A stretch of 64,000 nt of DNA, taken from positions 83,335-147,334 of the forward strand of contig FLMG01001299.1 in assembly GCA_900088475.1 (NCBI GenBank), in the 5' to 3' direction. Within the stretch, counting starts at the first letter, position 1, and the number at the start of each line of letters is the position of its first letter. The stretch is from Hyphochytrium catenoides (Eukaryota > Protista > Hyphochytriomycota). Below are positions 1 to 17,500 of the stretch, piece after piece. The notes under the pieces were generated by a model, which saw only the letters and a list, made by a program, of their open reading frames with translations, ran no database searches and was not told the DNA's origin. Both the position numbers and the translations under genes were made by a program.

Positions 1-5030
<5,030 letters not shown>

Positions 5031-7940
5031 CTATGGGAGCGGTGTTGTGATTTGCCCTTTCCAGAGATCGGCGCGTTGTGTGCCCTTCATAGTTTTCTCT
5101 CATCACTTTTTTTGCTGTCATTTAGGCGAACAACACGGTAGTAGGGCAAAGCTGCAGCGGAGTACAGTCGACAAGGCCGTTAGTCGGTTGGCTTGGAAGG
5201 GTAAACTTCTCACTTCTCCTATCGCGATCCTTTTTTTGTTTGCCTTCGTCCCGCTGCTGCTGGACAGCTTGTCCTCGAGCTCCTGCTTCGCCCGGATAAT
5301 TACAGAAGAGTGCTTGCTGGTGTCTTAGGAGAACAAGAGGTTCCGCGCTGATGTTATAAATAGCATATGAGACCCAATGAGGCTTGCTGCAGTCGTTGAC
5401 CACCATCGCGGGTCGTCACCAGCGGCCCGTAATAATAATTGAGTGACGCTTTCCTTTGGTAGGGCCATCACGGCGGGTGCCGAGCTACTTAGTTGCTGGT
5501 TGGTTGGTCGACGAGAGGAAGAGGAAGAGGACTCAATACCTCGATCTATTAGTCTCTAAAGCTCGCCACACTGAGTGTGCACTCACTTCCATCACAGCCG
5601 ATATCCAGCTCTACGCAACAGACAACTTGACGGACTGATCGTCCCTATACTCGGTCCGTTCCTTTTTTCATGGTCAGACGATCCAATAACACGTTTACCA
5701 CCGCGCCATCTGCTCACTGCGTACACTTTTCAGCATAGAAGCTTCTTACTTCTCCGGGGCCAGCCCGTTAGAAGTTTCCTTTCATTTCTCCATTGATGAG
5801 AGTGCCAGTTCCTCTCTTACTATGGACAAGGACCTTCCTGCTATGGCTAGCAACCCTGTTCTCACTCCCACACATCCACAGTTTGTCAAGCAATAATCGG
5901 GCATTGGCAAAACGAAGGAACATGTATGTTCGCCTCACTCCTTCTGACTACCACCGGTCTCAGACGTCACCCATCAATCCGCCAACTAGGGAGAGAAAGA
6001 TCCGGAGACTCAATTTAGCCACCGTTTCATGCCCCTGCTCCCTCTCGGAAGCTATATTTCTCTCTTTTTAGCGGCTTCTGACTCCTTTGTAGACAGTTCT
6101 TTGCCATCTTTATCCATCGTTTATCTTCATATGGCATCAGGTGCCCAGTTGACAAGAAGGCACGAGATACCAGAAGCTGACAGATTCCTACCAACCTTCC
6201 GTGCACCTTGACATCGCGTCACATTATAGTGCGTTACTTCTTGAGCTCCTCTTCTGAAGTACTAGTGAGACGAGTCGCAGGGGAAAAAAGCTCAGTACAA
6301 GCCAACGCATGGCAGTTCAAAGCTTTTCGCCGATCATGGTTTACTAATGACTGTGTCAGTAATGAAGTTAGAGATGGCACCATGAGCTCGATGGAGGGCG
6401 ACGGCGTGCCGTACGGGGTGGTGGTGCTGCCATCAACCCTCTTCTCGGCCCGCAGTATCCTGCATGCACCCGGACTTTTTGCAGTCTAATATTGATTAAA
6501 GTTCATCTTCTGACGAAGCTACTCTAGAATAGAGACGCTACTGCGCTATTCTTTCATTGGGTAGTGACATAGAAGGCCGTGCCTACCCTAAAGCGAAAGA
6601 TCTATCGTCAATGCTCTTGTCTCTAATCTCTTTTATAAATGTTCCAAGCTAAAGCGTTCCATGCCGTGCAGTGCGCTGAGCCATCAGTGTTAGTACTTGT
6701 GCTTCGCGCTCGGTGGCTGATGTACCACCCGTTAGTTAAAACCTCTAATCTCCACAAGGCATTGCAACTATCCTCGGCTTCGTCCTTAAAGCCTACTCCT
6801 GCACGTCTGCGGACATCGCGTGGTGCTAAAAGCTCGCCAGCTAGCTTACTGGATGAAATTTTGCTTGTCCCTGATCGTATCCGCTGCGAGAACTATTCTA
6901 CCACCGCCATCATAACGTGAACCTAACACATGGTCCTTTGTGTGACAGGCTTACGCTGTATTCTCACGAAAGAGGTATGGCAATCATTAGACTTGCTCAT
7001 AATGTGCTTCTTGAGTTTGACTCACGGCACGGTCGAGCCGCAGACTCCAAGCAAGCAGTATTCATTTTAGCATCTTTCGAGGGTGGCAGGGACTTCAAAT
7101 CACTTCCGTGGGCATCAGACCTTTCAGACTGTTGAAGCTTTATTATACACGACGGAAGACAAAGGTCAGCCCCCTTACCATCGCTTTCCAACACCAGACC
7201 TGATAAACAAGCAAACCGTAGAGTTCTCTTACCCAAACCACCAGCAGCAGCACTGGCAACAGCAGCAGTGGCACAGCGGGCAACAGCACCAAGAGCAGCT
7301 CAACACAAAGAAGGGAAGTCAATGGCGTGCCTGCTGACATTCATCCTGCGTCAGAGAAGACAGCAACGAAGGCTCCCCGCCAAATGAAGCCGGCATAACG
7401 GCCATAAACCGCCTCTTCTGAGGTGTGCAAACACTCACTAACAGCGGCGACGCACACGCTGTAAATGCCGTACAGGTACTGATGTCGCAGGTGAGAAGCT
7501 CGTCTGTCTATGAAAAGCTTCCCGCGCTTTTTCTTCCCTACAAAGGAAGTTGGCGCCAGAAACTTCCGTCATCATCTGTCAATGAACTCTCCTTAGGAGG
7601 ATGTCAGAGCTCATTTGAAGGTTGGACCGCCTCCGTCTTCCTGAATCATTGAGATAACGCTGTCGTACTAGTATAACTTGCTTCTTGGCCACATGCTTTG
7701 TCTCGGAGTTCAATCTGAGGAATTGTCATCGTCGGCTTCGTTGAACTCTCCTTCCTCCGTTTTTGTCCAAGGCCTTTAACATGGAAAGATGAAGCATGAC
7801 CGAGGCAGGAGCCCTTGGACGAGCAGAGAACTACTTCATGTTCCGCCTATTAGGGCCCAATATGTGAAAGGAGGCTCGCTGCAGCTGAACCAAGCCACCT
7901 TTATCCTGTTGCGTAGACGAGGTTGACATCTTTGAAAAGG

Positions 7941-10445
7941 ATGGAGTTACAAGGTGCCTTCGAGCTTGAGGGCTTCTTGGATGACATGGGAGTTGGACTT
8001 GCTTCGCCACCTCGAGAGGTGGCGAATTCCTTACCCCAGTCGCTAAGAACGGGACTGCAAACGGTGTCAGAACTTGGAGTGCCTGTCACTGAGTCGTCCG
8101 TTACGATTAGAGCTTATAAGCGGCCTCTCAGTGGTCTATCTACAGAGCGCAGCTTTCAACACGAGCGAGAGGCCACTGAAGAAAATGACCATTTAGATTT
8201 CAAGACACATCTTCTTCTTAAAATTTCCTATCCGAAGAGGTACAGCTGCTTAGGCACTATCCTCTATGGAAAGCAGTTAGAGGATATAAAAGGTAAGAGA
8301 GTCAACTTCAAGGCGGTCCGGCCGGTTCTGATTATCTCCTCAGTGTCGCTGCTGAGAACTATCGACGAAGGAGTCAATGAGGCCTTTCTCGTGCTCGGTC
8401 CTCCTGGGTCTGGCAAGAAAACTATTTTGACTCAAGTACTCGACTCCATCCGCGAAGGGGAGAGGAAAGCCGGGCCAAAGATCAAGTTCTCCGTTGTCAC
8501 ATTGAACGGATTGTGGCATTCCACCAGTGATGATGCAGTGGCTGAGATCATTTTGCAGTTGTCCGCCGTACCGGATGGTTCCAAGAGGGTAATGAACCTT
8601 AACACTGACCTGAAAACCTTAACCCACCCCGGCACACCTCTTTCATGTTGGTCTCTCCTTATTTGGCTATCCTATGCTATGAAGAGTAACATCATGTCAT
8701 GCTGCCTTAGGTGGTGCCTCCATCCATAGACCGCCTGGGCCTTCTCATGGACATCTTGGAGTCCAAGAAAGCAGCGAAAAAGAGTCTTGTCGTTGTCCTA
8801 GAAAATTTTGAGCACTTTGCGAAGCAGCGGCAGGCCACTCTGTACAAGCTTCTCGACATGCTGCAGGTCGGGCCCTCACCCTCCTAATTTCGCGGGCAGC
8901 ATACTGCTTGCTGAGCGTGAAACTCCTGGAACAGGAATCAACAATAGCGGTGGCAGTCGTCGGTCTAACTTCGGATATTGCAGCGGTGGAGAACCTAGAA
9001 AAACGGATAAGATCTAGGTAAAGGCGCACATACGATCCACTCTTTACCATATGGGAAGGTCCAATGTGTCCAAACGCTCTGACTTAATGACCTTGACTAC
9101 CTTGACTGAAGGATTGCGTGGCTTATACTTTGTCATGCAGGTTTTCATCGCGGATAAGCCTCATCCCCTCTTCAGCTACGTTAGAGGACTATTTATCGGT
9201 GGGCACATGAAATTTTTTGGCTCCGGACGCTTATAGCTCAAACCCTGGATCGTGCTTGCGATTCTTTTGTAGGTGGTCCGTGGTTACCTGTTAATCTCGG
9301 ACAAGCTTATTCGGAGGCGCTGTCCATACCGGCTCTCCCGATATAACAGCTTGGTCGGGACGCTCATAGCCAGTAAACCGTTTCAGAGCTGGTTGGAGAG
9401 TCATTTGGTGCATTCGGGACTCACTGTTAGCTGGCTCATGAGAGTTCTCTACTTAGTTGCGTCAGGCCTGCGAATGGTTGACGGTAAGAGTAAAGCGCTT
9501 TCAGCCACAGAGCCCAGTTTGTCTCCTATGATGATGTCATGTTTAGGCACCTAGTTCTAAAGCAGCGGCGTTTCATCATTTCCAGGTTATTCTGCCCTAG
9601 ACCTTGCCGACTTTGAACGGTCCGCCCAGTTTGCAGGCCTCCCTTCTCGAACGACAGTTTTAAAGAACATCCTGAAAGGTGGGCATCCTGACTTCAGTCT
9701 AGTGTTACTGGTCATGTTTCGAAAACGTTTGTCTCACAAATCGTCTGTCAAACATCTTCACATGACGATCAGACCCATCTCGCTTGCGCTCTACCTTACG
9801 AGTCGCCTAACCTTTGCATTCTAGACCTCGCGGTGATTGAAATCGCACTTCTTCTGGCGCTGAGGCAACTCCATATCAAGCAGGAAATGTCGCCAGAGAC
9901 TCTGCCACACTGCACTTTTGAAATGATCTACCGCGAATATGTCCAACAGAGCACGATGTCCAATACTCATCCCTCTCTATACAGCAGAAGAGTGTGTCTC
10001 AAGGTAGGTCTGACGCTCCTCTTCTGTCTGTACATTCCTGCTCATTTAGACCATCTACTTCCATACTCCCTTCCCTGTGAGATGCCCTTTGCTTGCTATT
10101 TGTGGCTCCCACGCGTATGGGCTCCGCCTTGTTGAGAGTTCAGTTGTAAGCCTTAGAGCTTCTTTCTCTTGCCTAGCCTTCCTTCTTAGCCTCAGACAGT
10201 GGTCGACTCACTTTTCCCTTCGAAAGGCCTTCCAGAATCTTCTGGACCTGAACCTTGTGGAGTTCACCGATTTAGGGGAGCGAGGAAAGTCTCTATGCTT
10301 TGCCTTCGAAAGAAGAGGCGAGCATCGACTGCTTGGCCATCAGAAAGTCAACATAACCGTACCCCCTACTCTCCTGTTATCCATGATAGAAAGTGGAGAA
10401 ATCTTCTGCCCGCTGGAGATTAGAGTCTGGGGCTTAAAGGGCTAG
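7941..10445 (+). CDS. ORC4: Origin recognition complex subunit 4 (AAA+ plus winged helix), multi-exon; 5' end uncertain (possible upstream exon ~7789)
   Basis: LVLGPPGSGKK (Walker A region), VVTLNGLWHSTSDDAVAEIILQL, VVVLENFEHFAKQRQATLYKLLD, VENLEKRIRSR|FSSR (arginine-finger motif), and C-terminal EIALLLALRQL...TFEMIYREY...LKAFQNLLDLNLV. All match the ORC4 pattern. Confidence 0.85.
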
Positions 10446-10485
10446 GCCACATTTTATGCACAGGTCTGCCAATGCTTAACCATTA

Positions 10486-11299
10486 TCAGACAACCAGGCT
10501 CAGTGCTCTGGGTAATAGGAAGAGTGCAATTCCTCCGTGCAGGAAGTAACCAAAGGCTGCTCCTACTATCACATCCGAAGGGTAGTGATGGCCTAAGACT
10601 AACCTAGAGAAGCCAACCAACATGGCCCAAAGCCACAAGAAGGTCACAACGGTTTCCGAGAGTTTCAGAGAAGGGAACACTGACTTTATAACTGGGAAGT
10701 TATCTGTAGGGAAGAGTAACAAGTCAGGCAATCGGCTGCTTAAGCTCCTTAGATAGAGGAAAGGCCCACTGTACCTTGAGCTGTTCCTGCTAGCACACGC
10801 AGGATTGTGAAAGCGCGGGTTGAATGCCCTGACGGAAAGGAATGGACATCAACAGAAACAAATCGGGCATCGTGACGATGTGTCGGGGGTCGATGCCGTT
10901 TCACGGTAGCTTTGAGGATTGGGATAATGCAGATGTCAACCTGCATCGCATAGTTAGGCGTTTTACAGCTGGTGAGGAATAATTAGTGCCCTTACCAGCA
11001 GGGCCAGCCAGAAAGTGACGATGAACCGCTTTTGATCTTCGTTTAGATTGAAGCCAATGGCCAGCCAGTATAAAAGCGTCAGAATTGGAATCACGAGAAG
11101 ATATCTACATAGCAAAGACATGGAAGGTCAGCGCTTGGCGACACTCGTAAAACACCATAGCTCCACATGCTCACAGTATGCCGTCAGCAGTGAGCGCAAC
11201 CAGCTCCCATGCTAGAATAGCGACCCGCGAGTTGCCGAGAGCTTGATGGATGTTGCGGACTACCCAGAAGTCCCAGGCATAGAGATTCTTCACAACCAT
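10486..11299 (-). CDS. PAP2-superfamily lipid phosphate phosphatase (PLPP6/polyisoprenoid diphosphate phosphatase-like), 4 exons
   Basis: C1 KATVKRHRP, C2 DVHSFPSGH, C3 SRLVLGHHYPSDV; hydrophobic TM segments; ATG at 11299. Confidence 0.9.
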
Positions 11300-11937
11300 G
11301 GCGTTCTGCCTCCTAACGGCCCCGCCCTGCCGTGACAAGATTTCCCTTTTATGGTATACTAGTAGAAGGAGACGCAGACTCAAGAGCAGCGGGTGGAAGA
11401 CTGAGACTCACAGAGCCGTGATAAAGAGTTTCTAAACGGACTGATGGTCGCTCTCCGCGCTCCTCACGCCTACATGCTTGTATAAGCCTCGAGCAAGGTC
11501 ATTCATTGCCTGACCTGCTCAGCAAGGTCTGTTCTCCAATTCTCTGCCATCTTTTGCGCCTCATCATCACGATCTCACTCAGCAGGTAGTAGCCGCTAAC
11601 GCTATTACATGTTTCGCATGAGAAATAATACTTCTTTGGGAAAATTAAAACCTATTGTTAATACGCCTGAAAGATTCTAGGTAGAGAATATTCCTGTTTG
11701 TTTCGCGAGAGGTTTCAATAGAGAGGTCACAGCTTCAGAAGCAAAGAAGGCAAGAAACCAGCCAAGGAAGCTTCAGAACCCGTGATGCTTCCGCGCCTCG
11801 TCTGATTCTCAAAGCTCAACTGATGCTGGCCCAGCGCGATGCAGAAATGCATTGCCGTGTCATCCCTCCAGCGTTCATGAACTATGGCGAGGCACACGGA
11901 TCACGCTCTGTAAGGAAGACAACTCTCGGCGGAGGGA

Positions 11938-14465
11938 ATGATGGACTCTGACCTCAATCCACAGCAGCCTGTGGATCCTGCTTCCCACTCTTACCTTGGA
12001 GAGATCCCATCGGTAAGGATGTCTCTGACGCATCTAAAGGAGAATGCTGAAAGTAATCTAACTTGCAGGTAGAGAGACAAGCTATCTATGGCGATGGAGA
12101 TGTGTTGCAAGTGCCGCTGCTGGTACTGCCAGGGGTTGTAAGTATACCGATCGCCCAGCTGTCCTTGCTCATACGGTTTTCCGTCAATGGCGTCCTTCAC
12201 GGCATTCTTACGAGTCACGTATCAGGTCCTCTTCCCTGGCGAGACACTACCACTCAAGATGTTGACACCAACCGCGGTTGGAGCCCTTCACTCAATTCTC
12301 TCTAGAGAAAACCCAATTATCGGCGTGACGAACCACGACGAGGACCATCCAGATGCCGATGACGATAGGACAATCAATCATATCCATCCTATACTCGGAA
12401 TGCGCTCCCGAATCTCCCGTGTCGGGACCATTGCAGAGATTCAGCAGCTCAACCTTCCAATAGCCATTGAGGATGAAGGAGGTACCCAAACAATCAGGTG
12501 GCTAAGCGGGGCCATCGTTGACCCGCTGGGCCCAAGTAACCTCGAAGTCTTGGCCCTTTCATCTTTTATCTTTCTTATGATAGCCAATGCTATATTCAGA
12601 GTAGCACTCTATTCTATTATTTGAAGGGTCTGAGCGGTCTCTTCAAAGTTGCCATCTTCGTGAGAATCATTGCGCGGCTTGCTGCGTCTACTGCACGTGT
12701 GTTCTGTTGACTGGACGCTTCCACCGTCTCATCTTTGCCTTCTTCACCTTTCACTTCTCTACAGCTGCAGTTATAGCGAAGGGCCGTCGCCGCTTCATAA
12801 TTCGTCGACTTTTGCTGCGAACCAATAGTATGAGTTCTTTACTCTTTCGTATGGTGGGAAGCTTCTTAACAAGGGCCACAGTGGAAGTCTTGAGAGATGA
12901 GCCCCACAGCTGCCCTCTAGCTCCCTTATATCTCACTGGCGCAAACCCAAAGGTATCTGCAAGACTCATTTTTGTTTGTTCTTAACAGTAGATTAACCCC
13001 TCTTTTATTGGCTAATGAGAAACCCCAAGCCAGCCTGTTAGCTCTGCTTAACTCGGCACTCTCTCGTGGTTTCTCATGATCCCATCATGGCACCGCTTGC
13101 TCTCACTTGCATCTTTATGATAGAAAGAATTGGGGGAGATGCAAATGATAAACCGGCCAGCAAGGATTGCCGTCTCTGTTTCGACTCTCCCGTGGTGGCT
13201 CTTCTCTGTATATAACTGTCAGGCGCTCAGTGCAAAAATTCTACTAGTGCTGAAGTCCTCTTCTCGTTGGAGTTCATTGGTCCAGAAGTACAGACCTCAC
13301 CGCAGGTTGGTACAGCATGAAAGAGCCACAAGTGAGCTCTCCCAATTTCAAACTCCAGGGGAAGATGAAGGACAAGGTGCGTACCTACTGAGGACCAAAT
13401 CTCAGGATGGCTAAAGGTGGACAGGACCAGCTAGGAAGCAAGAGAGGAGGGGACAGATGAGCAACAGGGAAGTAAAAGCTGCTTGGAAGCTATTAACGCT
13501 GTCTCTCTCTCAGGGTCCACAGATCAGATAGTCCTACCTCATGACCCGACCCTCTTCTCTTACTGGGTGGCAGCCAATTTGCCTCTCTCTGATTCTGAGA
13601 GACAATTGCTCTTGGAGGAAGACTTCACGGTTGTGAGGCTGAAAAAACTTCTCGGCATCTTACTGAAAGCAGAGAGCTCGCTCGACTGTGCGTCATGTGG
13701 GACACTACTCAGCCAACAAGAACATGTGTTCACCCTCAGTTCAGAGGTAGGTAGGTCTAATGGTCTCATGTTGGGAATTATAGCCGAGCAGACAAACCAC
13801 CGGCCAGACAAGGCAATCACCATCAATGTTTCAATATGACATTATCCGTGATTTTCCTTAGGGAGCTGTAAGCGCCTACGTGAATCCACATGGATTCGTG
13901 CATCAGATTGTCACACTCAAAGACGTTAGGGACAACGCAGTGGTCTACGGAGAGAGCTCGGCTGAGAACAGCTGGTTTCCTGGTTACAGGTGGACCATCA
14001 TTTCCTGTCGGTAAGCATTTAACGGCTTCAGCTTCATTCAGTCACTCTCTTTCTTCTACCCGCAAAACCCAGATACACTTGGGCTTCCCTATTGGTTGAG
14101 GTGTTGTCGCCTTCCTATACCTTCTCTGAACGCGCGTTATCTAGAAACTGTGGAGTTCATTTGGGCTGGAAGTTTACTGCCGAAACCGACAGTCTCAGTC
14201 TCAGGTGCGTCGATGGTAGCATTCGCATAAATCTCAGTGGGCCATTACTGTTACCCCATGGACGGTTCCGTACTTCTTGTCTTTCTCGCCTCTAACTATC
14301 TCTCCTCTCTCCCTATCCAGAGCATTTTGGGCCTTAAGACGAGCCATTGTGCGGACGAGTTCATCCGACCAAAGAGAAGATGAGTCATTATCCTCCCCAA
14401 CTTCTGGCTTGGAGGAAATGGGAAGTGGAGAGGATTTGGCTTCCGATTCCGACGAATCCTTCTGA
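11938..14465 (+). CDS. CRBN: Cereblon (LON N-terminal domain + CULT/thalidomide-binding domain), multi-exon
   Basis: N-terminal DPASHSYLG; LPGV|VLFPGETLPL; VGTIAEI; AKGRRRF; DPTLFSYWVAANLPLSDSERQLLL. CULT domain: CASC...YVNPHGFVH...ENSWFPGYRWTIISCR|NCGVHLGWKF...FWALRR. Confidence 0.93.
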
Positions 14466-14537
14466 CTTGAGAGTACGCAACTTTCAGTTGGAGCGTTGTC
14501 TAGAACGAGGGGCATGAACTAGACTCATAGCGATGCC

Positions 14538-17500
14538 CTATTGGAGTGTGCACGTCTTGCTCTGAGCCCTTTCTCGCTCAGCCTCTAGTCGTCTTGCCTC
14601 TTCCGCTGCCAGCTGAGTCCTCAGCTTCTGGAGTTCTGAGAGAAGTTGGTCTTCCCGCCTCTTGCTCTCCTCCATTTCGGCCTGCATATGCTGAATGGAA
14701 GTAGGAGTTCAGGTTGCAAGGCTTTCCAATGTCGGACTGGCCGTCGTGTCCATCCATCTCTCATCCCTCTATTGCGCGCTCTTCTTTTTCGTCGACTTCC
14801 GCTGCCCTTCTTCTTCAAGCACCATAGATGACTTCAAATGGATTGTAACTCCCTATTTCTACGTTACAGTGTATGAAGCAGACATCGCTATGTTTACCTT
14901 TAAAGCCTCTTCTTTCTGCTTTAACGTCTCTCCGTGGCTGCTCTCCTTCTTCTCAAGCGTCGACTTCATGTTCTCTAGGTCGGCATGTTCCAAGTCCAGA
15001 AGGTGCCGAAGTTCCTGCAACTTGGCCTCCGATTCTTTGCGTAGCCTGTCCGCTTGCTGAGACTCACAAAGAAAGGCTGTTTGCGTTTCCTCAAACTTCT
15101 CATGAAGAGAAGATAGGGCTTCCGCAGAAGTCTCAATAGGCATATCCAAGGGAGTGGAGAGATGTAAGGCCATTTCCTCAGCCTGTCCTGTCTCTGAAGG
15201 GTCGCCGCACAGGAGCTGCGGCAGGAGTGTGGGAATATGACGAGAGTAAATGATGATTAGTTCTGACGGTTGAGGATACCAAGCGGCGGGAGGCCGACTC
15301 AAAGCACAAATTCGTATGGCATCCTGGAGCTAGGGATCAAAAACTGTACTACGAGGAACCAATATGTCCTACAGCTGAGATATACCTCCAGCGTCATTGT
15401 ACCCGTCTCAATGTAGTTCACCAGTTCCTCGGTCACCAGTAACTCTCGCTTAGCGGTGTACTGGAAGTCGATGACCTTGTTCTGCAAATTTGAGCAGAGA
15501 GCCCTCTCTGTGCAAAAGCACTCTGGTACCGTGAAGAACTGAAAGCGGACATAAGGGTAGCAAAGGTGTGCGGAGGGCCCACCAGAGCCGCAATTGCGAG
15601 CAGAGGCAGGAAATGCACCCAGTTTGACCTTCGAGATGCAGAACTTCAGGGAGACTTGTGAACCGATCAGGTCCTTGACTGAAGACTGCGAGAAGCGGTT
15701 GATCTCTGACGCCACTTTGAACTACATGGGAACGATAGATGGCTAAGTGACTAAGTAACGCAAAAATGTAAATGCCGAATGATAGCATTCCTGGATCCAA
15801 TTTGTAGAGCGAAGTTGCCTAAGAAATAGAAGCCTTACCTCGCCCTGTGGTGAGCGTATAAAAGGGGTGATTGAGAGGGATAAGGTCCCGACGGTTCTCC
15901 CTTCACGGTCCGTAAGAACTATCTCATCATTAATTTCTATCAGGTAGGAAAGCCTTTAATAGACGTCAAGTGATTGAGGTTAGGAACTGGGCTTTCGGGG
16001 ATAACGAATGTAGGCTCAGACCAATGTAAAGAGACAGGCTATATCGTGGTGGTGAAAAAGCAGGTGCTATAGAGCTACGGATGCCGCTGAAAGGCGCAAA
16101 GCAATGAGCCATAACTGTATGCTTTAAAACGGCAAGCATATAGGAAAAATAGGCCAGGGAATCCTGACCAAGCGATAAATCTCCACTTACGGCTCTAGGT
16201 GAACGATCGCCTCTGCAACGAGGATGTCTGCCCACTCAGGCCGGAACGGATCTAGCCCAGCCCAATTTTGAGTCGCCTCACTCGATCCTCGGACCATTGC
16301 CTCTTCAAACATCAGCCGAAGAGATTCAAGACGAGAAAAGAATAGAAAGGGAGACCAGAGGAAAGTCCGGAGAGAGCTGCTGCTAATGTCTTGCAACCGG
16401 ACTAAATAGGACTAGAACACAAGGACAACCAGAAGTTGGCAGTCATCAGCCCCGACAGGAAGGCAGGAGGCGACAACTAAGGTAAAGTAGAGAGGGGACG
16501 GTAGAACCATTTGGGCTACACGCGCCAATAAGGACTAGACAATGTGAAGGTACAAAAAGAGGGAAGGGCATAGAACCGGCGGAACAAGGTAGAGAAAGAA
16601 AATTAAGATACTCGGGTCCATGAAAAAGAACGCGATCTCTGTGTGCCCTTATATTTACATCTTTAGGTTTACCTCAGGCTCCACTGCAGAGACGAGGGAC
16701 GCGGTGTGATTGCCTTGTAAGGCCGTAGAAAGGGCGTTGAAATGCGCCACATCCATCTGCATTCTCTCACTGGCATCACCTTCCCAGACATCGTCATAAA
16801 ACGGATGGAGAGGTCTTCTGAAGGTGGGATTTTCTGCTTCCGAAAGGCAGACAGAAGAAGGCTGTTCCGACAGGCAAGAAGGGATAAAAGCAGTGATAAT
16901 TGTGATAATGAGCCGGGATATAAGTCCACTGAGGAGAGAGTACACAGAAACAGAGAGCAACAAGGCCAGACTTTCAAACACTATCTCACTCTTGAAATGG
17001 CGTCCATCTTTTGCTTCTTATCCCCTCCAGGGTGTATCAGCAAAAGTGCCACTGATTGGCCTAGAGTGATGACATCGCCTGCCGTTCGTGTGATAGTCAG
17101 GTTAAGAAATGGGAGTTGATGTACACCATAGACCTGAGATGAAGGAGAGCAAAGTGATGCAGGTCGCCCTACCAAAATGTGTAGGCCAGTTCTTGGGAAA
17201 AGAAGTCTACTTCATGAGGGGACGAAAGGAGTGTGCACCGACAGGTCTTGGGGAAATGGCAAAGAAAGAGGACCATGATTGGTAACGACAGAATAGGAAA
17301 CCGGACATGGTCGGCATGGTAAAGAGACATGAGTTCTACGCACCATCCTTGATCTCCTTAACGTCGTCGAGGCCCATAGACTCGCCATTGAGGGCAAGAG
17401 AGGTACCTTCAGCGCTGCGGAGCATGAGAACTGGAGGGACGAGAGCACAAAAACTTTAGATAGAAGAACAAGATTCGAAAAAGGGTACCACCAGTACGAG

